A DNA stretch of 64,000 bases from Eledone cirrhosa (GCA_964016885.1 OZ024741.1:269142001-269206000); one strand, 5' to 3'. Counted from the first letter of the stretch, positions 26,248 through 38,680 are shown. Made by a program: numbers and translations. Notes: generated by a model from the sequence alone, not told the origin.

Positions 26248-26394
26248 GGTCATTTTTTCGAAAGCAGCAAAATTGCTCTCCGTGGTTTCGGCAACTTTTT
26301 CATGGCAATGTCTGTTGAAGAGAAGGAGCATGCAGACAAATTAATGACTTATATGAACAAGAGACTGACGAAACCTGAAGTGAGGACTATTAAG
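26248..26394 (+). CDS. Secreted ferritin, coding exon 3 (helix B)
   Basis: GHFFESSKIALRGFGNFFMAMSVEEKEHADKLMTYMNKRLTKPEVRTIK carries the EExEH ferroxidase motif; CCAG/GTAAGT; 147 nt. Confidence 0.92.
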
Positions 26395-27414
26395 GTAAGT
26401 TAAACTATTTCACTGATGCTTAGAGAATTTAGAAAAATATCGAATGCCGCGTGATAGCTGCTAACACGGCTTATAAAACCGGGTAAAACACCCCTATAGA
26501 CTTAGCAAAGGGGCCAGCAGTCGCTACAAAGAATCAAATTCAGTCCGTACCACCCTCCAAATTCCGACTGAGCACTCTATACGAGTGATATTTATTTGAG
26601 TGGAAATCAAATAAAGAATTGATTTAGGTCCAAACTAACACTGATAATTGTTTACGGAAGGCAGACCTGCCAACCTCTAAAAACCCCAAATGGACAGGAA
26701 TGAGGCAAAATGGGGAGATTTTACATAATGAAAGCTATACCCATTTTCACAAGAGAAGGCATATCTCACCTACCCTAAAATGGGAGGGAGATTCCCAGTC
26801 AGGTCTGGGAAGGTCAACATTTAGAACCCTTTGTTGTGTTTCTGAGACAGGTGTAGAAGGCGGAGAGGGAAGCGAACAAACTTCGTATTAAGGCTTTCTG
26901 CAATAGGAAGCAAGGAGTCAAGATATCGGAAGCTAACCCCAAACCTTTGGCTTGTTCTAAATATTTACATTACAATATAAGATTGCATGAAATCTAGCCA
27001 GGGCCCAGGCAACAGTTTAAATCTAACACAGAAACAAATGGAATATGAATTAAATCTATAATCGGGAGTCCCTTTACTTTGGTAATCGTGCAGTCCTGGA
27101 CAGTACTTTGTCCATCTTTCTCCTATTTCTTCTTCAATAAGTTTTTTCCCCATTTTAGTCCGAGATGACCTTCACATTCGGTTTCCTTTCTTTTGAATAA
27201 TTTGTTTTCGCCAGCTGAAATACCTTCCTCTTACTGCATCCGAGCGACTTCACTTCTTGTTTTTATTAAAATAAAGGAACGGTCTATATTGCTGGTCCCG
27301 GTAAAATAGACCCCCCTCACCAGGCTTTTTTACTCGTAAGAGTGTCAAACACCATGCCTTTTACGGTCTGAGTTCAAATCCCGCCAAGGTTAGCTTTGCC
27401 ATTCAGGGACGATA

Positions 27415-27602
27415 AAATTGGCAGTATCGGTAGAGGGTCGGACGCCCTGCTTTGACGCATAGAGTTACGGCCCTTGCCATTCTGAATTCAAATCGCGCCG
27501 AGGTTAACTTTGCCTTTCATCCTTACGAGGTCGATAAAATAAAGTACCAGTAATGTACTGGGTAATTTGCTGGCCGTGTGCCAAAAGTAGAAACAATTAT
27601 TA
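27415..27602 (+). mobile_element. CORE-type SINE
   Basis: Same family as 8058-8252. Confidence 0.82.
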
Positions 27603-27806
27603 TGAAGGTAGGTAATGTTAAAACTAACAACACAAAGATTTAACACAAGTTTATTTATTTTCACCACCAATTATTAAGACAATTTAAACCCTAACACTAA
27701 CACTATATTTACCGGCAAAATAACCTAGGGGTCTATTTTACTAGGACCAGTAAAATATGCTTGAAAAGCATGGTTATCTATTTTACTAGGACCGGCAAAG
27801 TAGCCT

Positions 27807-28270
27807 ATTAACGTAAGTGGACAAACACAATAGCGTTAACGTAAGTGGACAAACACAATAACGCTATTATGTTTGTCCACTTACGTTAACGTTATTGTGT
27901 TTGTCTATTTACGTTAACGTTATTGTGTTTGTCTTTTACGTTAACGCTACTCTGTTTGTCTATTTACGTTAACGCTACTGTGTTTGTCTATTTACATTAA
28001 CGCTATTGTGTTTGTCCACTTACGTTAACGCTATTGTGTTTGTCCACTTACGTAAACGCTATTGTTTGTCAACTTACGTTAACGCTATTGTTTGTCCACT
28101 GACGTTAACGCTATCGTGTTTGTCCACTGACGTTAACGCTATCGTGTTTGTCCACTTACGTTAACGCTATTGTGTTTGTCCACTTACGTAAACGCTATTG
28201 TTTGTCAACTTACGTTAACGCTATTGTTTGTCCACTTACGTTAACGCTATTGTGTTTGTCCACTTACGTT
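27807..28270. repeat. Minisatellite, ~26-28-bp unit (TTACGTTAACGCTATTGTGTTTGTCCAC), first two units inverted
   Basis: About 14 direct units from 27861, preceded by two reverse-complement units; internal palindrome CGTTAACG. Confidence 0.9.
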
Positions 28271-28312
28271 ATAATACGATTGTTTTTTTTTGTTTTTTTT
28301 TTCTTTTAATAG

Positions 28313-28348
28313 GTTGATGCCATCTGTAACCACCTTACCCACAAGTGT
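28313..28348 (+). CDS. Secreted ferritin, coding exon 4 (36-nt microexon, BC loop)
   Basis: VDAICNHLTHKC; long T tract plus TAG acceptor, GTAAGC donor, phase 0/0. Inferred from splice signals and fit. Confidence 0.68.
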
Positions 28349-29004
28349 GTAAGCAGCAGTTTAACTTTACTCCGTATTTCTATAAATTCCAAATGATCTG
28401 GCAAATTAGCAGAAATGTCAGAGCATCTAATAGAATTTATTAGGAAGAGGCTATGTAACCGGTAAGAGTGTCAGACACCATGTGTTGCGGCCCGAGATAA
28501 GACAATTGTTCAGACAATTTGAAATCTTTTCCACTATCAATTGTTAAAAGACAAGTTAAAATCATTTCGTCGTCCATTCGTAATGTACGTTACGCTTTAG
28601 TTACATACACACACATCTACACGTAAATACATAAACAGATACAGACAACAGAGGGAATGGGCTGGTGAAATGTTATAGCAATGTGTGTTGCGTCCCTTTA
28701 GGTTTTACCGGCTACCTAGCCTATTCGAATTTATTACAGAAGGGAATCCATCTTTGGTGGTATTTGAATTCTGGATATCCCAAATTTATCTTCGTCATTT
28801 TTAATGGATACTTTTATGTGTTTGCCTGACAGTGATACGTGTTGGATATAATATAGCATTTAAATATTAAAAAGGGGGTTACGGGGGGGTATGTGTCTGT
28901 GAAACATATACATATATACCAGATCCGAGCACAAAGGAACCAATCTCCTACTGTCACTGCCTCTGTCCCTCCCGCGATCTCCACCTCTCATTATTATGAG
29001 CAAA

Positions 29005-29180
29005 TTGGCAGTATTGGTAGAGGGTCGGACGCCATGCTTTGACGTATAGAGTTACGGCCCTTGCCTTTCTGAGTTCAAATCCCGCCTTTGCCTTTCATCC
29101 TTACGGGGTCGATAAAATAAAGTATCAGTAATGCACTGGGTAATTGCTGGCCTTGTGCCTAACGTAGAAACAATTATTAT
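29005..29180 (+). mobile_element. CORE-type SINE
   Basis: Same family as 8058-8252. Confidence 0.8.
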
Positions 29181-29194
29181 GAGCAAATGTGCGC

Positions 29195-29395
29195 CCTAGC
29201 GGACAGAATAGAGAAGGCGTTTCCCGGGAGGATGGCGAGGGAGACGCACTGGAAGAGCCATTCCAGCTTGCGAGACTCACATCTGCGGGTAGCCAATTCG
29301 GTGCCGATGGTGGTGAGTAGGGGGGGGGGCTCCTAGGGCCAAGGACACCAGAAGTCTCCACTCGGAATTGCCCCCTCAGACGTTTTCCCAGCAGC
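29195..29395 (-). mobile_element. CRE-like non-LTR element, restriction-like endonuclease C-terminal fragment
   Basis: Minus: VETSGVLGP..TTIGTELATRRCESRKLEWLFQCVSLAILPGNAFSILSA. Related pieces at 15130-15300, 32020-32260 and 40790-40990. Confidence 0.6.
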
Positions 29396-29785
29396 AGCCA
29401 GCAAGCAATCAATAATACTGAAAATGACGCCTTTGTCTGGTTCACCAATCTCTCTCACTCTCTAACCATTGTGCAAATGTCATACGACAAGAAGGAAAAT
29501 GTGTTTGCTTTATCAGCAAGAAATAACAGCCAATTTTCCTTCAATAAGAACACATTGACGGTTAGTCCAGAAATCGTTTTTTTAATTTTGGGAGTATCTT
29601 TATTTAAAAGCTACGTACACATTACTCAGTAGAGAACGTAGCTCGCGGATCAGAGAGTCACTCCACGTAGAGCCACTACTTATACGAATTGAGAGATTAC
29701 AGCTCCGATATTACGGAAATATCGTTAGAATGTCCCAGAAAAGAATCGGTGAACAGATTTTACTGGCAAAAAAATACAAACTGGC

Positions 29786-29837
<52 letters not shown>

Positions 29838-29844
29838 GTATATG

Positions 29845-29905
<61 letters not shown>

Positions 29906-30504
29906 TTAGAGAATTAGATTCACAATCGTGAGGTTATGAGTTCTATTCCCGGACTGGGAGATGCCTTATGTCCTTGAACAAGACACTTTATTTTACGTTA
30001 CTCCTTCTGTCTGGATGTATGTATGTATGTAGTTCTGATTGTTGGACACAGACAGTGAATTTTTAAAAATATGTAGTGAATATCATGTAGCATGTATCAG
30101 CGTTTTTCTATTTATATTCCAGCTGTGTGGCATTATAATGCCGGCAACAATTTCTGGTTGTTCTGGAGTGAGTAAAGTTTATTTTATACTAAACTGCCTT
30201 TTATTTATTTCCTAAACATTTTGCCACTTATATTATTATGTAAAACTCAAGGGCTGTGGGTTGGCTTAATCGGTAGAGCATCGTACAGCATGTTTTGTGG
30301 CATATAGTAACGGCTCTTTATGATCTGAGTTCAAATCCCGCCGAGGTTAACTTTGCTTGTCATCCTTACGGGGTCGATAAAATAAAGTACCAATCACGCA
30401 CTGGGGTCGATTTAATCGACTTTCCCCTCCCCAAAAATTGCTGGCCTTGTGTCTATATAAGAAATCATTATTATTATTATTACTACTAATTATTACTACA
30501 TTAT

Positions 30505-31266
30505 TATTATTCTTTGAGTCTCAGTCATTGATGTTAGTTAACTGGAAAGTTTGTTGAAATGAATATCAAGCCACTACCTGCAGCCTCAGATATTCAGGAC
30601 GTATCGGAGGGTTCTTGCTGTTCCCAGCAAGCATGCCTTTTCAAGCGTTTCAAAAAGCGTGGCGGGGCCAATTTTCTTTAACCATCCCTGGAAACTTTTT
30701 GAGATAGTACCTAGTGCGCCTATGACAATCGGGACCACTTTGACTTCATGGCAGTTCCAAATCCTTTTTACCTCCCACTTTAAGTCCTGGTATCGGTTAA
30801 TTTTCTTCTTCTTCTTTTTCTTTTTCTTTTTCTTTTTCTTTTTCTTCTTCTTCTTCTTCTTCTTCTTCTTTTTCTTCTATCGGTAGAGGGTCGGACGCCA
30901 TGCTTTGAAGCATAGAGTTAACTTTGCCTTTCATCCTTACGGGGTCGATAAAATAAAGTACCAGTAATGCACTGGGTAATTGCTGGCCTTGTGCCAAAAG
31001 TAGAAACAATTATTATTATTATTATTCTTTGAGTCTCGGTCATTGATGTTAGTTAACTGGAAAGTTTGTTGAAATGAATATCAAGCCACTACCTGCAGCC
31101 TCAGATATTCAGGACGTATCGGAGGGTTCTTGCTGTTCCCAGGAAGCATGCCTTTTGAAGCGTTCCAAAAAGCGTGAAGGGGCCAATTTTCTTTAACCAT
31201 CTCTGGAAACTTTTTGAGATAGTCCCTAGTGCGCCTATGACAATCGGGATCACTTTGACTTCATGG

Positions 31267-31270
<4 letters not shown>
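30505..31270 (-). mobile_element. Two duplicated R4-like LINE 3' fragments (30505-30800, 31015-31270)
   Basis: Minus peptide VKVVPIVIGALGTISKSFQGWLKKIG..LEKACLLGTARTLRYVLNI*, with a (TAA)n tail. Confidence 0.7.
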
Positions 31271-31317
<47 letters not shown>

Positions 31318-31385
31318 TAAACTACCTTTTATTTATTTTCTAAACATTTTGCCACTTGTATTATTATGTAAAGCTCAAGGGCTGT

Positions 31386-31575
31386 TGATTGGCAGTATCG
31401 GTAGAGGGTCAGACGCCATGCTTTGCAGCATAGAGTTACGCCCCTTTATAATCTGAGTTCAAATCCCGCCGAGGTTAACTTTGCCTTTCATCCTTACAGG
31501 GTCGATAAAATAAAGTACCAGTAATACACTGGGATAATTGCTGGCCTTGTGCCAAAAGTAGAAACAATTATTATT
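31386..31575 (+). mobile_element. CORE-type SINE (another copy at 30256-30470)
   Basis: A/B boxes and core. Confidence 0.82.
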
Positions 31576-31651
31576 AAAGAAATAATTATTATTAGTATTA
31601 ATACTATTATATAGTTTTTAAGTGTTTTCATGTCTTGATTCACTTTCCCAG

Positions 31652-31765
31652 GTAAAGATCCATACAGAAGATGTCCCTTTGCTCGCCATGGAAGACGCCG
31701 TTGAGCTAGAAAAAGTGGTTTATAATTCCCTTCGAAGTATTGTTGATATTAGTATGGACCCACAG
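31652..31765 (+). CDS. Secreted ferritin, coding exon 5 (helix C)
   Basis: VKIHTEDVPLLAMEDAVELEKVVYNSLRSIVDISMDPQ matches AMExALxLEKxVNxSL..DP; CCCAG/GTGAA; 114 nt. Confidence 0.88.
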
Positions 31766-32635
31766 GTGAACTATATAAATATTTTACTTTTATTCTTTTA
31801 TTCCTCTATTTGTTTCACTCGTTGGACTGTGACCAAACATATAACAATAACAATGCATAACAATAACCAAAGGCATATCAATTACTGCTATGAACTCGAT
31901 AGACCTCATCAGGCTGCAGCCGTTTTATTACGTTGTTTCTGTATATCTGCAGTAACCATAACTCCGTTATGCAATCAGAAGTCAACTATACACAGAATCA
32001 AAATAACAACCAATTAACAAACTGTACTGCCGAGCTCCTCCGCAAGATCAGAAAGTCGGCAGCCCGTCTGAGGAAGGAACCCTTCGGGGTGGGGTGGCTA
32101 TTGCAGTGTATATCGCTGGCCATTGTCCATAGAAATGCTTTTGCGGTCTTGTCCGCGGGTAGTAGCCCCAACACCGTTGCAGCCTAGGCCCAGCGTCTAT
32201 CAGCCTTGCCCCACCCATTCTTCTATGGCCCTAGAGCCCTTGCTTTTCCCTTCTTTTTCTGTTTTGAAATATTTGTAGTATTTTTCTAATTATTTTATAG
32301 TCATTCATGTAGTTACTTGTTTATTAAATTGTGTATATTTTATGAAAGCTCCAGAAAATTAAAAGCCAACATCGACCCTTTTGTAGCATCAACAATATTC
32401 ATGTTGCTTTTAACAACAAATTTCTCCTCTCCCAAAATTGTTGGCCTTGTGCCTAAATCAGAAACCAAAAACAACACAGATTTAACACAGGAGTTTATTT
32501 ATGTTCACCCCAATTATTAAAACAATTTAAACCCTAACCCTAACCATAATCCTAACCTTAACCCAAACCCAACACTAACACTATTTATATTTACCGGGAC
32601 CGGTAAAATAAGTTTTAAAAGCATGATTGTCTGAA

Positions 32636-33510
32636 AGTATAAACTTTCCTTATGCATATTAACGGCTGAGCAGCCTAATTTGCATATCGAGTGAGTTAAT
32701 CGGCCGGGGTACCGAAAACGATAAATGGAAAAAATGAAACGAAATTTCATTTCTGACTCTTAGTACGGCTGTTACTTAAATATAAGTATGTATACGTACA
32801 TACATATATGTATTCAGACGTAAAGTAGTATGTATATATATACATACATGCACACATATATATATATGTACGTATGGATTCACCGAACATTTATTATAAT
32901 GCTCGGTGTGTTTGTAAACAAACATCCCGAATTAAGCCGTACAGTGTCTAGCAACCATCGTTGCTCATTTGTTCAACACTGACAACACTGTATACATATA
33001 TGTATGTACGTATACATACTTATATTTAAGTAACAGCCGTACTAAGAGTCAGAAATGAAATTTCGTTACATTTTTTCCGTTTATCGTTTTCGGTACTCCG
33101 GCCGATTAACTCCCTCGATATGCAAATTAGGCTGCTCAGCCGTTAATATGCATAAGGAAAGTTTATACCTTCAGACGTTCAACCATCTGGCAGGAAGGTA
33201 TACGTTGCTGACGATAGCTAATAAGCTTGAAACTAGTACAGCGTTCCTTTGTCAGTGTTGAACAAACGAGCAACGATGGTTGCTAGACACTGTACGGCTT
33301 AATTCGGGATGTTTGTTTACAAACACACTGAGCATTATAATAAATGTTCGGTGAATCCATACGTACATATATATGTGCATGTATGTATATATATATACAT
33401 ACTACTGTACGTCTGTATACATATATGTATGTACGTATACATACTTATATTTAAGTAACAGCCGTACTAAGAGTGAGAAATGAAATTTCGTTTCATTTTT
33501 TCCGTTTTTC
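32636..33510. repeat. Nested inverted-repeat unit (pLTR-like)
   Basis: 32636-32812 is inverted to ~32993-33175; 32730-32980 is inverted to ~33253-33505. Confidence 0.85.
33203..33243 (+). ncRNA. Minimal type I hammerhead ribozyme in ferritin intron 5
   Basis: CGTTG-CTGACGA-T-AGCT-AATA-AGCT-T-GAAACTAGTA-CAGCG. Palindromic helix III ACTAGT, GTA site. Confidence 0.75.
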
Positions 33511-34100
33511 ATTAATATTTTTCATGTTTAATATTAAACAGGAAACCTATGATTAATCAACAGACTACGCTACTCTCTTGAAGCATCATTTAAATATTTT
33601 ATTTCAAACGAGGGAATATAACACCATTTATAAGTTATTCGAGAAAGGGAAGGCAGTACCCATGATTTTTGCAGATCCTCCAAAACTGGCGAGAAGGGTT
33701 ATATATCTTTTATAAGTATACCGATATGTTGCAGCACTAATACAAATGTTTATTTTTGATTTAATGCCGGCTGGCTGCCACTCCGTATGCAAATGAGTTT
33801 CTATAAGATTCTAGCTTATTTTAACCTCAACGAAAGTGGGAACTTATGTAGTCTTGATAAACGCCGGATTCTGTCCCCCGGGACTGCAGGGCGGCCAGTG
33901 CGTGAGCTTCCATTTGCTTGTAATAGTGAGAGATGGGGAGAGCAAGAGAGATGGAGGCAGTGAGGGAAAGAGAGAGAGAGAGAACATCAACGCACCTACA
34001 TAATGTTATACCCAGGTTCACTTTCGTCTTCCTATGTGTCTGTATCTAATCTGTATCTTATTTATCTCTTTTAAGGTCACTTCTCTTTCTATCTCATATA

Positions 34101-34820
34101 CAGACCTGCCAATCTCTAAAAACCCAAACGAGGAGTACCATGATAAAAAGTGCCCCCAAATGGGGAGATATGAGGCAAAATGGGGAGATTTTACATAATG
34201 AAAACTATACCCATTTTCACAAGACTTTCCTCTGGACAGAATACTAGTCTATCACAGTGTTACAAGACTTCCCACTGGACAGGGAGAGTTGACAGATCTG
34301 CCGATCTCTTTAGAATTCACCCCTCTTTTTCTCTCATATATATTCCGCTATGTTGGAGCACCAATACAAATCCTAATTTTATTTTTAATTTTCTTTCTTC
34401 CATCCTTCCTTTATTTCTATTCCAGTTGCAACATTTTCTTGAGCATGAATATTTGGATGAACAAGTGGAGTCCATTAAACAATTATCTGACTATGTTACA
34501 CAACTTTCAAGGTTCAACAGCTCCTACATCGGACATTATCTCATGGATAACCGTTTCGTGGCTGACAGCAGTACACATATGCACAACAAACAAATTACTT
34601 AGCTTGTGTATTTAGTACTATTTCAGCAGACCTGCCAACCTCTATAATCCCCAAACGGGGAGTACCATGAAAAAAAGTGCCCCAAAACAGGGAGAAATGA
34701 GGTAAAACGGGGAGATTTTACATAATGAAAGCTATAACCATTTTCATAAGAAAAGACATCTCTCACCCATCCCAAAATGGGTAGGAGATCTCCTCGTCCA
34801 ACGAGGAGAGTTGACAGGTT
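34101..34820. mobile_element. Two ~200-bp TIR MITEs (CAGACCTGCCAA...GTTGACAG) flanking the last ferritin exon (34101-34300, 34627-34820); third copy at ~26662-26806
   Basis: Shared internal sequence and inverted termini. Confidence 0.7.
34426..34602 (+). CDS. Secreted ferritin, coding exon 6 (helices D/E, stop)
   Basis: LQHFLEHEYLDEQVESIKQLSDYVTQLSRFNSSYIGHYLMDNRF..*, matching the ferritin FLExxYLxEQVxSIKxL motif; TTCCAG acceptor. Confidence 0.93.
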   Translation: MQHFLEHEYLDEQVESIKQLSDYVTQLSRFNSSYIGHYLMDNRFVADSSTHMHNKQIT

Positions 34821-35367
34821 TCCTTTTGCTTATTAATTTTTCAGATTTTTTTTTCCGTACACAAGCCTTATTCCAACGCTCGCTTGTTAAATTTTGCTAA
34901 TCTATCTCCGGTGAAATTTTATCTTAAGTGGTAGCATTCCTGCAACAATTAATTTTCTTTATACATTAAAAAAAACATTATACATGACAAAATAAGTACA
35001 TTACTAGAAATCCCATACGTTATAAACATAAATAGGCTGGGTTGGGGGCTCAATATGTAAACTAAACGACTAATTCTGGTTTTTTTTTAAAATCAACGGA
35101 GACAACCTAAAAACATTACTGATTTTCCACACCCCGCCCCGCTTACTACACCCACTCCCACTTATTCTAACCCAACCCCGTTTATTCCACCCCCATCTTA
35201 TTCCAACCCCCTCTGCTTATTCCATCAACCAGCCCCCGCTTATTCCACCCCACCCTATTATTTAGAACCCGAGAGTATACATTGGTATATGGTTTATTCT
35301 CTTGAATGAAAGCTAGTACGTTAGCATTACACGCTCTCTTTCACAACAGCTCTCATTATTATACTAT

Positions 35368-35590
35368 TGGCGGTGGATTGGCAGTATCAGTAGAGGGTTG
35401 GACGCCATGCTTTGACGCATAGAGTTACGGTCCTTTATGATCTGAGTTCAAATCCCGCCGAGGTTAACTTTGCCTTTCATCCTTACGGGGTCGATAAAAT
35501 AAAGTACCAGTCACGCACTGGGGTCGATTTAATCGACTTCCCCCTCCCCCCCAAAATTGCTGGCCTTGTGCCTATATAAGAAACAATTAT
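35368..35590 (+). mobile_element. Full-length CORE-type SINE
   Basis: GGCGGTGGATTGGCAGTATC..GAGTTCAAATCCC..core..; ATTATTATACTATTGG repeated on both sides. Confidence 0.85.
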
Positions 35591-35874
35591 TATACTATTG
35601 GCAGAATCGGTAGAACGTCGGACACCATGCTTCGCAGTTACGGGATCGATAAAATAAAGTACCAGTAATACACTGGGATAATTGCTGGTCTTGTGCCAAA
35701 AGTAGAAACAATTATTTAGTTAAACTAGGGTGGTGTATGGGTAGAGCGTCGGACACCATGCTTCCCGGACACTTTCCTTATATACTACCATATGTGTGGA
35801 GATATCCATTCTGTTTATATATCAATTCAAAGTCAAATGAAAGGACAACACCTATTTTATATAGATTTGTTATT

Positions 35875-36175
35875 GTTCTTCTTCTTCGCTCACTTGTAGG
35901 GTTGTGGGGGAAGAGTCATCAGACACTCCTTGCAGTGGGTCCTGTCAGTAGCAACCGTCTCCAATTGATCCGACTGGATGCCCAAGCGTAACCAGCCATG
36001 ATATTGGATGTTATCCAACCATATTGCCCAGAGTCTACCCCTAAGTCTCCTGCCCGTAAAATCTGTCCAACCATTCTTTCCTGAGACATTCTAACCACAT
36101 GTCCATAGTATCTGAGCTGTGATCTCTCAATTTGAAGAAGCAGCGGCTCTACTGGAGTAGCTCCCTGTTCTCTGA
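35875..36175 (-). mobile_element. RTE LINE 3' fragment
   Basis: Minus LLLQIERSQLRYYGHVVRM; (GAA) tail. Confidence 0.65.
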
Positions 36176-37284
36176 ATTATCTGTTCTCGGAGTTATGCAT
36201 TATTTTTCGGTTAATTAAAACTTATTTACTAGGTAGCCACTATACTTTGAAATATAAAGCAAATCCCACTTTCATAAGAAACACAAAATACCCCTAAAAA
36301 AATTCTCTGAAAATAGCTTCTTTTATTTTTCGATGCTTTCGTTTATTCAAAATATAGTGACTATATGGGTTTGACACCAGATGAGTCAAAATGAGAGTTC
36401 CGCCTATTAGATATCTCAACCAAAACAAAAAGACATATTGGATGTTGTAGTTATAGACATATCTATGAACAGATGGTATGGTCCCTAGTTGAGATGCCTT
36501 TCATTATAAGGTTTGCATGCAAGGACTCATTACTCCTGAGAGAGTCATAGGGAGGCCGAAAACATACGGCATTTCTAGAGCAATTTTTAAAAAATCTGGC
36601 GGAGCTCATCTCCTCTCCAAGTTTGAATACAGCAGATTTCTTTCAGAGAAAAATAGAAAGTGAGAGAATGGAAGTGAGAAAGTGATATAGCGGAGGAATC
36701 GACCCCAGTACTTGTCTGGTATTTTTTTTTATTGACCTACCATGCATGAATGCTTGGCGAAGTTCATCCCTCTCCAGGCCTGAGCATAACAGATTTCTTC
36801 CAAAGATGGAGAGAGAGTGAAAGAAAGGAAGTGAGAAAGAGTAATAGAGGAAGAATCGACTCTAGTACTAGACTAGTACTTTTTTTATCGACCTCGAATG
36901 GATGAAAGGCAAAGTTGACATGGATAGGTTTTGAACTCAGAGAGCAGAGAGCCGAAACAAATACCACAAAGCATTCTATCCGATGTTCTAACGATTCTGT
37001 CAATTCACTGTTTTCATTATAAGGTTTACTTCGGCTCAAAAACGAAAACAACTTAGAACAAGTCCAGTTAACGAGGGAGCCTCTATGCATTCGATTCGGC
37101 CTTCTAAAATTAGCAGCCAAATTTCTCTCAAACAAGATTCTACCACCTTAGAAAAGAAAGGATTCATTAGGGAGTTGTAATCTTAGATACACAATATCTG
37201 ACGGGATGACCACGGCTGGAATGTCTTTCTGTCAGTCTGATATTCGATCCTCATCATCTGTCTTATTTTTCTTTTTAATAGATT

Positions 37285-37585
37285 ACAGTGTACTCTCGGC
37301 ATTCACGGTCCCGGTTATTCGCGGAATTTTCCTTAGAACCTAACTAATAACTGTTCATGGAAACTTCCGCATATTCGCGGAATCGTAAATATCTTTCGTG
37401 AATTTTTTAATGGCTTTTTAACTCTAAATTATTCATAACAATATACCGTATTTGCCCTTCGCAATTATTATATTTTACGTTATATTTTGATGTTTATAGG
37501 CATTTTAACGGACCACGTTCAATATTTGCGGTTTTTCACACTTTGCTCTAGGAACCTAACCTCCGCGAATACCGGGGGACAACTA
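37285..37585. mobile_element. pogo/Tigger-like MITE
   Basis: TA-CAGTGTACTCTCGGCATTCACGG...CCGCGAATACCGGGGGACAACTA-TA, with repeated TATTCGCGG subterminal motifs. Confidence 0.6.
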
Positions 37586-38069
37586 TATATTTGTTTATTA
37601 GAGATGGAAGATTTTTCAATATTTACTTCTAAAATTGGCTTCGATCCTTTCCTTTCTGCTTTTCTTTTATGTCTCATTCTCTTATTTTATCTTTTGAAGA
37701 AGGACTAGTGTTCGAAACATTAAGACGTTTTCCCAACTTTATCAAGTGTTGAATTGATATATTTCTTCAATGTACCTGTACTTTTCGCATATATATATAT
37801 TCGCTGGACTCACGAGCAGAGAGACGTGTGTTTTTTTTTCTTCCTGCCGACAGCCAGCATATTACTAAATCGGTTTTCATTGGGGATACCGTTCTCATAA
37901 CAACAACAAATGCATGAAACACATCTTGATGGGAGAACCGTTGAAATAATTATAATGATTAAACAATTTATGTAACATCAGCATCTTTATTTGTAATTTA
38001 TATATATATACAATCCCTATCGAGCCCTCTTCGGATTTTGGTTTTTGTATTTATTATTACTATATATAT

Positions 38070-38680
38070 GTCGGCTCACTCTTCAGTGCTACTGGTAACA
38101 TGTAACCCAGTACAACCTGTCGCATGGTCGGGTCGTCAGAGACTAAACCGGAAACCCCACCAAGTTCACTTGGTGAGGAGAGTGATTTTGGAGACCCTGC
38201 AGGACAAAAATCAAAACCTGACAAAGGGCGGAAGAACTCATAAGAGTCAACGGCCATCCAAAAGTGTGTAAATATGTATATACACATGTACATATGTATG
38301 TATATGTATGCATGTGTATGTATATGCGCGGGGACAAAGAAATAGTCGGGCTGGACACCCGATCGCGCGGTTAAATCACTGGGAGTGAAGGACCCCTAGC
38401 CTTTGTCAGGGCATTCTTCTAGGAGAAGGCAACTCAGGAAACTGGTATAACTCTGATATAAAACCTGTGGCTCAGTAGTTACCGATGATGTTGATCTTTT
38501 CTTCTTTTCGGGTTATAGCTACTGTCGCTCAGAGAGTGGGACTGGCTCAGTGCACAGTCTTTCCTCACTTTAAAAAATATCTTCACGCACAGGCATTGCT
38601 CGATAGAATTAATTAATTATTATTAATAATGGTATATCGTGCAATGGCCATACACGATAACGAGGAGGCAACATCATCAT
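38070..38680 (+). mobile_element. Short non-autonomous RTE-derived element in (TA)n; paralog on the - strand at 49393-49998
   Basis: Both copies share TGCTACTGGTAACATGTA-CCCAGTACAACCTGTC.. and TAGCCTTTGTCA-GGCA..CTAGGAGAAGG. The - copy ends with the C2H2 finger CSVCTKVFKSLAGLKSH. Confidence 0.6.

Noticed and set aside
26094-26375. CTGAGGA (26093) and CTGACGA (26365) as hammerhead cores; also 31907(-), 32068 and 51324
   Set aside because: No compatible helices I-III; chance matches in coding or TE sequence.
27807-28270. CRISPR-like array of ~28-bp palindromic repeats
   Set aside because: Units are contiguous with no unique spacers; eukaryotic intron; no cas genes.
32528-32580. Telomeric (TAACCC)n / telomere-associated retroelement
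   Set aside because: Only 2-3 perfect units, inside a dispersed repeat also seen at ~27690.
35368-35460. tRNA gene (A and B boxes)
   Set aside because: Head of a multi-copy SINE; no proper cloverleaf.
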